From: Tubiluchus corallicola
Lineage: Eukaryota; Animalia; Priapulida
DNA length: 31,136 bases
Direction of reading: 5' to 3'
Assembly: GCA_030141605.1 (NCBI GenBank)
Contig: JAQGDQ010001643.1
Location: 1-31,136, forward strand
Position 1 is the first letter of the stretch. Each line of letters starts with the position of its first letter. The notes under the pieces are model-generated. The model was not told the DNA's origin. It ran no database searches and was given only the letters and a program-made list of their open reading frames with translations. The translations under genes were made by a program, and so were the position numbers. Shown here piece by piece: positions 21,636 through 31,136 of the stretch.

Positions 21636-22420
21636 AACACGCCATGTACCTGCTATATGCCATATAAAAGGTAAAATTCACATTAAAAAGTAAGAAATAC
21701 ACGCCATGTACCTGCTATATAAACATTTATTTATTTAAAGTTTATTTCAGCACATAAAAATGCCATATAAAAGGTAAAATTCACATTAAAAAGTAAGAAA
21801 TACACGCCATGTACCTGCTATATAAACATTTATTTATTTAAAGTTTATTTCAGCACATAAAAATGCCATATAAAAGGTAAAATTCACATTAAAAAGTAAG
21901 AAATACACGCCATGTACCTGCTATATAAACATTTATTTATTTAAAGTTTATTTCAGCACATAAAAATGCCATATAAAAGGTAAAATTCACATTAAAAAGT
22001 AAGAAATACACGCCATGTACCTGCTATATAAACATTTATTTATTTAAAGTTTATTTCAGCACATAAAAATGCCATATAAAAGGTAAAATTCACATTAAAA
22101 AGTAAGAAATACACGCCATGTACCTGCTATATAAACATTTATTTATTTAAAGTTTATTTCAGCACATAAAAATGCCATATAAAAGGTAAAATTCACATTA
22201 AAAAGTAAGAAATACACGCCATGTACCTGCTATATAAACATTTATTTATTTAAAGTTTATTTCAGCACATAAAAATGCCATATAAAAGGTAAAATTCACA
22301 TTAAAAAGTAAGAAATACACGCCATGTACCTGCTATATAAACATTTATTTATTTAAAGTTTATTTCAGCACATAAAAATGCCATATAAAAGGTAAAATTT
22401 ACATAAAAACTAAGAAATAC
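21636..22420. repeat. 103-bp tandem repeat, 7 near-identical units plus a shorter first unit
   Basis: ACGCCATGTACC at 21701, 21804, 21907 ... 22319. Confidence 0.95.
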
Positions 22421-22642
22421 TATATTTCAGGCATTATTAAAGGATAAAAAAGGGGTACTTGAATAGGTTTCAGAAAAATCATTTTAAAAAATTATATTAC
22501 ATTATAGCAATTTCAAGCGTATATCTTACTCGAAGTTAAAAAAATTTCTTTGTTTTTATTTTAAATCTCCCGCAGTATCGTTCCAACCGCGCCATTACAT
22601 GACATCATAAAAATGGTTTAGTTTATTGACGAACAACACAAA

Positions 22643-22955
22643 ACAATATACAATGCAATTGTACATCACACAATATACAATGCAATTGTACGTCGCACAA
22701 TATACAATGCAATTGTACATCGCACAATCTACAATGCAATTGTACATCGCACAATCTACAATGCAATTGTACATCGCACAATCTACAATGCATTTGTACA
22801 TCGCACAATATACAATGCAATTGTACATCGCACAATATACAATGCAATTGTGCATTGCACAATATACAATGCAATTGTGCATCGCACAATATACAATGCA
22901 ATTGTACATCGCACAATATACAATGCAATTGTACATCGCACAATATACAATGCAA
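22643..22955. repeat. 27-bp minisatellite, about 11.5 units
   Basis: CACAATATACAATGCAATTGTACATCG. Confidence 0.95.
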
Positions 22956-25120
22956 ATATGTCTATATAAAATTTATATATTTTGATATATAAAAGTTTAT
23001 ATATATGATATGAAGAGTTTTCCCCCCATCGCCTAACACCTACTTCAACATTCTGCAGGACAAAACCTGCTTTTATAACATTACAGTTGCAATTGTTAGT
23101 CTTGTCTCTACCCTTCTCCCCGTGTGATCTTTTGTCAAAGGGGAAACATTTTTGTCAATGTATGTTGGATTGTGAATATGAGACACTGTAAATTCCTTGC
23201 ATTAAGCTGACTCAAACTGTCCGACTATACCCTCTGTCTGGATCCTTCCTTCCTCTTTTCTGGGGATGTCATTGCACGCCATCACCCAAAAATTGTTACT
23301 AATCCCTCTGAAAGACAAAACCTGGGCTTATAACGCTACAGTTGTGATTGTTCAAATCCTGGATGCACCCTTCCCCTGGGCTATAGGTTAAAATTGTTCA
23401 TCCTTTTTAAAATGATTTTTATCAAAGCTGGATTGTTAATAGGTGGCAAGCTCTCTAATTCCTGACACAAAGCTGACGCATTTTCCTACTATACCCACTA
23501 TCCGAGTTCCTCCCTCCTTTCCTCTCTGAGGGAGGGGTAAAATTCGTTATGGTAGATTCTTCCCATCATGCCCACCATTACTCTGCATCTGTTTACCCCC
23601 GTTCTGAATATGCCCTCGGGGATGACCTTTGTCCAAAAGTCATCTCATACCAAAAAACTTAAGGCTGCCAGAAGTGTTTCAGGTATAATAACTGGCCTAA
23701 ACTCAAATTGCGAGCAGAAGCTACGTGAAGGCACAAGAACCCCAGACTTGTTTCCCCAGTTTTGTGCGTCTCATTGTAATTTTTAAGTAGAGGATCTTGA
23801 AGATTTCAGCATATGAAGAGTACCCCTATTGCTGTTTGCCAGGAGGCACTTCTTAACACATTTAACAATAAGAACTCCATGCAGTGTCAAGCAGATGTTT
23901 AACATTTAGAACGGTACATTATTTGCAGTTATACTTTTGTGATTAAAGGAACAATTCTTAAATTAGTATAATTCGAAACATTTACATTTGTTCTTACGCT
24001 CTATGCGATATGGCAGTATTATATGTAATTATTTTGTTGTTGTTATTTCAGCCTGATCATTGCTGCAATATCATAAATAAACCACTTTGCTTGATTCAGC
24101 AAAAACTTCCATAGTTATTTATTATGTTTACACATTTGTTTGCTAAATGCTAATTTAAGGAATAAAGGAATACGATATGTGTCATAGCATTGCATTGCAT
24201 TGAAATGTTTATGTATTTTTAGTGAACAGATGTTAACTGATGTCTACAATTCCATTATGCCATTTGCAAATATTGAATTATTATCAAATCACAGACGAGG
24301 AATGTATTTACACTCAAACTTAAATAGTGATGTTATGTGATTCTTCTCTATTGTTCAATATAATGATTAAATACCAAAGTAAACAAAGCAACAATATTTC
24401 TCTACAATATGTTAATGAGGTCTAGACCCTTATTACATATTGTACATTTATTTGCTAAACGCTAATAGTATTTATTAAAAACAAGAACAGGAGAAGAATG
24501 AACTGAGGTCTGTCATGATTGATAACACAGTAAATTGCATAGTGGCATTCTGCTGTTATATCATAAATGCTTATTAAAAGTATTTTTTAAAATATCATTA
24601 AAAATAATCTAAAATTAAATCTGGCCATAATTAGTAACCTAGAAATTTCATCTTTTTCATGCCTTATGCCAAGATATCACAAAAAACAACCAACAACAAC
24701 ACCCCACTGATATGTCACCCTCATAATAGCATTTTGAGCATCTAGCAAATCATGTTAAAATTATATTACTAAGTGTCAAAAAAATTAAAAAAATGTCCTG
24801 TTTGAGTTGTTATTTTGTACGAAACAATACATTACCAGACTTATGTTTAGAGATAGTAATAAACACTTATGCGTTTCATTAGAATAACTATAATATATGT
24901 TACAGGTATGCAATTTATACCTTATATAATGCAAGTACATCACAAATCCCTTGTTAACTTTTGTAAATCTAACCTGAAAACATTGGCTATTGTTTAACAA
25001 CTGAACTTGTCCTCTTTAGGAATTCATTTTAAATCACGAAGCATAATAAGATAATATTTACCAGCGATCCAATTTTCTACTGCTGGAATGTCAAAATCAT
25101 ACCGGCCACCACCGTATTAG

Positions 25121-25509
25121 CAGGGCCTATTTCAGCCTAGGCGAGGCCCGGGGAAGTGGGGCGTGTGAGGCCCCATCGGGGGGTGGGGGTGGCAAAGCAC
25201 CGGGGGCGGGTGCTACCATGGTTGGCGCCCAGAAAATTTTTGAACTGCTACAACGCCGGAGAAGCATTTTCGAAGAGAAACTATGGAGTTATACAGTTGT
25301 TAAAGGAAAGAAAAACTGCTTTATTCTCAAGACCAGTCCTTAATACTGGCGTGCGGCAAGAGAGAGAGAGAGAGACAGAGGGAGAGAGAGAAAGAGAGAG
25401 AGAGAGAGAGGGAGAGGTAGGTTCGCATAAAGCAAAAAATGTTACCTTGGCGTGAGGCCCCCCTAGAGGGTGAGGATCCCCACTCCCCCCCCCCTTGAAA
25501 TAGGCCCTG
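25121..25509 (+). mobile_element. 389-bp hAT-like non-autonomous element (family B)
   Basis: Same TIR as 2300-2368; perfect 8-bp TSD CGTATTAG; internal (GA)n. Confidence 0.88.
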
Positions 25510-26934
25510 CGTATTAGTAAAGTAAGCATACACATCAAAAGGAGCCCAATAGACAGAATAAATAGACAGATAAACAGATATACAACTAAAAGAAAGGAAA
25601 AAATGCACAAGAGAAACAAACAAAACACCACACAACAAGAATACAAATAAACAAACAAAAAAGTTAACACACATTTTGACACCTCCCTTTTCTAGCAGCG
25701 AGGATATAATGAAATGTAAATCGATTGCTGCTTTGTAGTTTCAAACACTAAAGTAATGAAAAAACCTAGATATCAGCTAAATTTCAAACCTAAAATTCGG
25801 CAGCTCTACAATTCTTATCATATCAACGGTCATAATAAGCAATTACCACACAATCAAATTTGTTAACTATAGTGTAACCAACTATTAGAAATCTTTGAAA
25901 AAAGTTTTTCAAATATTGTTGCTGATTTATCAAAAATTATAAAGATGTCAATAGCCATCTTTCATTGAGCCGCTGACTGTCTTTTTTGAATAACTCTCTG
26001 ACAGTATCACATCAGTAACATGTTTTGTGCGAAGCTTATGGGAAAACTTGTTGCGCTTGACTAAGCTGTACTTGCGTCATAGATATAATATAGCTTGATT
26101 AGTGAACTAGTTGGGCAAATTAGGAAGACGGAGCAGAGGGGAGCAAAAAAAAAGAGAGTGTAGAGATTAGCAGAACACCATGGCGAGGGAACTGTAACAA
26201 ACTAACACATGTTGCATGCACATCTCACTTATCAATACAAATGAATGTATATGAATGTTTTTTCTTTTATTTTAAAAGTAAGACATGCCTTATCATTTTG
26301 AATGCCTTGTGCAGCAAGATCACAACACTTCTAATCATTTCTAACATTCTAATATTTGTCTGCGCATGCTCAGAAAACATCTATTGCTAAGAATATTATA
26401 GATAATTTTACTTGTGTAAGTATTCGCAAGGGTGCTTCGATTTTGACAAAAAAACACTAAATAATAGAAACAAAATGCTTTTATTTAGCTGCCATTAATT
26501 CTGTTAGTTACAATCACAATTATTTTGCAGCAAATATTTTAGTGAACAATTAAACCTATAAGTTATTTTGACTCAGTATTGTTAGTATCAGTTTTGTTAT
26601 TAATTTGCTCTCAAAATTTTGTAGTTGACAGACGTATTCACACATTCAGATATCGGGATTTTCCACTAAACTTACTTTTGTTAGTTAATAAAGCATCGGG
26701 TAATTATAGCAATTAATTGTATAAATTCCAGAGAAATAGCTGCAAAATTTCACATAAAAAAGAAGCAAAAAAATCATACAAGGTATAATATTAAATACGT
26801 TTCCAAAACAGGAAATAATGCTGCATCAAAATTACGTTAGTAAAAATTTTTTGTGCCAGTTCATGAGTTTCAGTTTCCCTAAACAAAATTACTATGTTTT
26901 TTACACACTTTTATTTTTAATCTGTGTAGACAAA

Positions 26935-27213
26935 TGTTTGTGTCTCTGAGAGGCATTTATAACAACTTCAAAAGTCTCAGTGAAATTTTCATTTAGATAT
27001 ATGCCGCAACGATGTAAGTTTACTTCTATTAATTTTTATTTTGATTTATTCACTAATATTTAAGAATGGACTAAACTATGTAACTATCTATCTAAATTAG
27101 ACAATGTCAGTCACATTTGCCTTTCTATTTTTTTAAATATTGCAGAAATAGAGATCAGTGGTTTATATGAAAATTCAACTGAGACTTATGAATGCCTCTC
27201 AGAGACACTAACA
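26935..27213. mobile_element. MITE-like inverted-repeat element
   Basis: GTGTCTCTGAGAGGCATTTATAA..AAGTCTCAGTGAAATTTTCAT pairs with ATGAAAATTCAACTGAGACTTATGAATGCCTCTCAGAGACAC. Confidence 0.55.
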
Positions 27214-27427
27214 ACAAATATGAGTGGACCACAGACAACTTAAACAAGCATAAGACAGATTTTATGAGAGAATACGTTGAAGCATACGCTCAATTCCAAC
27301 CATTTATGGTGCAAGCTTGTTTGCTAAAAAAGCAAAAAACGTTGTTTTTATGTACAAGCTAGTTACTGACAACAATGGAGGCCTAAATCACCTGACGGTA
27401 CTAAGTTTTATTTACAAAATCTATTAA

Positions 27428-27569
27428 ACAATATACAATGCAATTGTACATCAAACCATATACAATGCAATTGTACATCACACAATATACAATGCAATTG
27501 TACATCACACAATATACAATGCAATTGTACTTCACACAATATACAATGCAATTGTACATCACACAATAT
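27428..27569. repeat. Same 27-bp minisatellite family, about 5 units
   Basis: CACAATATACAATGCAATTGTACATCA. Confidence 0.9.
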
Positions 27570-29268
27570 GCAATACATCCCAACACTTGGGTATAATCGT
27601 CATATATATATATATATATATATGTTTATAGATATATGTTACAACTTTCATAAAACAAACAGTTGATAACTATTACTTCTCTTAAAGTCACTGATTTAAA
27701 TTTCGTCTCACAATGTTTAGCCATGCATATCAGGTAACCATGATTCAAGATAAATTTTATCTTGCAAATGTTGTTTTTCTGAACATTAAAATATTCTCTT
27801 TGATCTGATTTTGTGTTTTGGACCATACATCTTTATTGTTTGACTATATTTTCTTTAGGAACGACTGGTTTTTGGTTTTTGTTTTGTTGCTGTTGTTGTA
27901 TTTTTTTTTGTATTTATAGACGTTTATGTATTTTTCAGAGTTCTGTTCTTCTGTCATTAGCGTCTTTTTGTTTACTTGTCTAAGCTTAAATTTAAAGGTT
28001 TTGTACAGCATTATGTACAGCCGACGCTAGTCCTGTAGGCAAAAAGACTGTATGTAAGTGGTGGAAAATTTCAAGATAAATTTTTAAGCTTTATGTAAGT
28101 GGAGGGGGGGTTTCTTGTGCTTTAAAGTCAAATGTGTCCAGTGGAAACTAAATTGAAGTTTAAAACAAAAATATATAGTGCAATATTATATACAAATTAT
28201 AATATAGACTATATAAAATATATACATTAGACAAGGACGTGGGTTAATAAAATTTGCGGAAGAATATATATTTTCATTAACGTATGTAGGATTTTCAAAA
28301 CGATATGTTTAATCTAGATTTGAACTCATAAAAAGACTTGATTTCTTTTAAAGTACACATTGATTTCTCTTAAAGTACACAAAGTACGTTTTATACATGT
28401 TTCAAAAATGAAAACCCTTAACATTAGTAACAATTAGATGCAATAAAATATGTACAGTTTACATACATAATAATTTTCAAGCCAGTTCTAGAAATTAAAA
28501 ATTCTCCTCAATCCAGCATTAATAATCATATTTGTGCCTCTTACCATAAAGTTGATTTTAATAATTTCAGCATTGTGACCAGAGCTACAAATAACTGGGA
28601 CTTATTAATAAAAGAAAATTTATCTATATACCCTAATAAGCCTTCTCTTAATGTACAAAGCAGTTCAATTTCTTTTGACTTTATTCTTAAACATTGTTAT
28701 TGTATCAATTTCGTTTCTACAGGTCAGCTTAATCATTACCTATTTGGCTTTTTGTAAATACATAATTAGTGCATAATGTTCTATACTGTAGGCTCTCCTA
28801 TATAAACTGGTTGTATGTAATTTTAAACTTAGTAACAAATAAGGTTTACAACTAGTCGCATTGTGGCGCCATCTACAGTACGCAAAACTAATTATTACCA
28901 TCTAAGATCCAGATTTCACTTCCACGTTTCTTATTAATAATCCGTCTCTTTCTTTACGTCGTCCTGCTTTTCTTCGTTCTTCTGTCTCTTACGCACGAAG
29001 CTTAAAAACAAACTATAAAAATTATTAGAAATTTCTAAAACTACATAGAAACCAGATAAATACAGTAAGAAACGCACGTAATGTAATGTACTAGAACTTT
29101 TAAAAATCATTATTATTAAATTAATCATCAAAATTCCCCGTATGAATTTGTTGAACGAATCATGCCACAAATGTAATCAGTTGCCTCACCATGAAGTAGT
29201 AAATTATCTTTAATTTAACACGCTGTTTAATCGGTAGGCAATGCAGGTGATGAAGAATGAGTGAAATA

Positions 29269-29915
29269 TACTCAGTGTGCATAAGATTATGGATATGTAT
29301 AAAATAAATAAAATAGCTTATTTTATGGATTTTTAAAATTTTATTTTATGGATATCAATAAAATAAGAAATAGACTATATCTTGAACGAGATGTCCAGGG
29401 GAAAATCAATTAAAAAGTAAAAACAGGAGCGCGTGAAACGTGTTTTTAAACACGCAGGACTTAGTTTTAATTCTATCGGTTTCGTTTTAATTTTATCGGT
29501 TTCATATCACTTCAAATTTAATCAAATTTTACGAGACAATGGCTGGGTCTCTCTCAGTTATTTTCAGACTGAACTCCAGGCTGGGTCTCTCTCAGTTATT
29601 TTCAGACTGAACTCCGCTGCTCATGCTTTGGTTGAAACTTCGCCATCTTGATAACAAAAAGACAATGAGAAAAAAACAATGTAAAATAGCAAATCCGGAA
29701 ATGCGCTTTTGTTGGTTTGTTTTCTTTCTCTTTCTCTCCTTTTAACGTTCGTTTTCAGTGTTGCCAATGCTTACAATTCGTTACTTTGTACAAAAAATCA
29801 CAAAAAAATATATTTTTTATTTTATGCATTTCTTATTTTATGGATTTTTCAAATTTTATTTTATGGATTTTTGGTCTTATTTTATGGATATCCATAATCT
29901 TATGCAGCCTGAATA
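29269..29915. mobile_element. TA-flanked MITE with about 40-bp TIR and TTATTTTATGGAT subterminal repeats
   Basis: TACTCAGTGTGCATAAGATTATGGATAT/ATATCCATAATCTTATGCAGCCTGAATA; internal 38-bp duplication at 29541-29615. Confidence 0.7.
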
Positions 29916-30517
29916 TACTGAAACTTTGATGCAAACATAATGAGCCTAGCTGCCGATAATGATAATATTGCAGGCCTAGATGGCGCATGAGCACTAATTA
30001 ACAAGATTAGAATTGTTTTTACGTTTAAATCATAGATGGCGGTGCAATGCAGTTCTGGCAGGAATCAATGCATTCGGAAAATTGTCATTTTGCTCTACAG
30101 ATCTGAAGACCCAAAACACGATTACGCGTAGTGCCGGATTAAAGTACGGGCTTTATGGGCTGCGAACCAGGGGCCTGCGCCAGCTGAGACAGCCTCCAGA
30201 GATTAGGTGAAATTAATTTGCAGTGAAAAGTTAATACAGAATACAGATAAACAATTAAAATCATATTTATCAGACTTTGTAATACTACTATTAAAGAGAA
30301 ATATCTCTAGTTATAGTATAAATACAAAGATCTATTATAGTTTCAATAAGTCCTTTGATGAATAAAAGTTAATTAGTACTAGTAACAGTATATTTTATGA
30401 TACGTTAAAATATCAGTAATTTATTTATTCTAATTTGTACGTATTGTATTTAATACTTCAAAAATTTATTTTAATTTTGTAAATATCAGAACAGCTCTTC
30501 TCTTTTTGTTATACTTG

Positions 30518-31136
30518 TGTGGGCCCAATGTTGGCATTGTTGTAGAAGTTGAATAAACTGATTTGAAGAATCCAACATTCATGCTTTTGTTAATTGTCAC
30601 TGTGGGCCTAATGTTGGCATTGTTGTAGAAGTTGAATAAACTGATTTGAAGAATCCAACATTCATGCTTTTGTTAATTGTCACTGTGGGTCTAATGTTGG
30701 CATTGTTGTAGAAGTTGAATAAACTGATTTGAAGAATCCAACATTCACGCTTTTGTTAATTGTCACTGTGGGCACAATGTTGGCATTGTTGTAGAAGTTG
30801 AATAAACTGATTTGAAGAATCCAACATTCACGCTTTTGTTAATTGTCACTGTGGGCACAATGTTGGCATTGTTGTAGAAGTTGAATAAACTGATTTGAAG
30901 AATCCAACATTCACGCTTTTGTTAATTGTCACTGTGGGCACAATGTTGGCATTGTTGTAGAAGTTGAATAAACTGATTTGAAGAATCCAACATTCACGCT
31001 TTTGTTAATTTTCACTGTGGGTCTACTGTTGGCATTGTTGTAGAAGTTGAATAAACTGATTTGAAGAATCCAACATTCACGCTTTTGTTAATTGTCACTG
31101 TGGGTCTAATGTTGGCATTGTTGTAGAAGTTGAATA
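30518..31136. repeat. 83-bp minisatellite, at least 7.5 units, runs off the window
   Basis: GTGGG..AATGTTGGCATTGTTGTAGAAG at 30519, 30602, 30685 ... Confidence 0.95.

Noticed and set aside
28934-29001. Possible terminal exon of a neighbouring gene (FVRKRQKNEEKQDDVKKETDY*)
   Set aside because: Short, weak AAG acceptor, no partner exons or recognisable homology in the window.

Overview
AT-rich eukaryotic (probably invertebrate metazoan) genomic DNA. It holds one complete intron-rich gene on the minus strand, a WDR86-like WD40 protein (ATG at 20986, stop at 4340; 8 exons per mRNA, 1338 nt, 445 aa; N-terminal MGSGSS plus polybasic tract). The gene carries two paralogous 104-nt exons (12761-12864 and 9770-9873) encoding the same WD40 segment with identical intron phases. 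Including both or neither gives a premature stop, so they look like a mutually exclusive exon pair. The exon-4 acceptor has been tandemly amplified into about 9 near-identical 52-bp branchpoint/pyrimidine/AG units. The rest is a dense mix of MITEs (hAT-like with 8-bp TSDs, plus a TA-flanked family in 5 copies), LINE 3' fragments (RTE, CR1/L2-like), a tRNA-derived SINE, Helitron-like 3' ends, minisatellites and microsatellites. Most long ORFs in the supplied track are repeat artefacts. All calls were made by manual reading; family names come from recalled motifs, not database searches.
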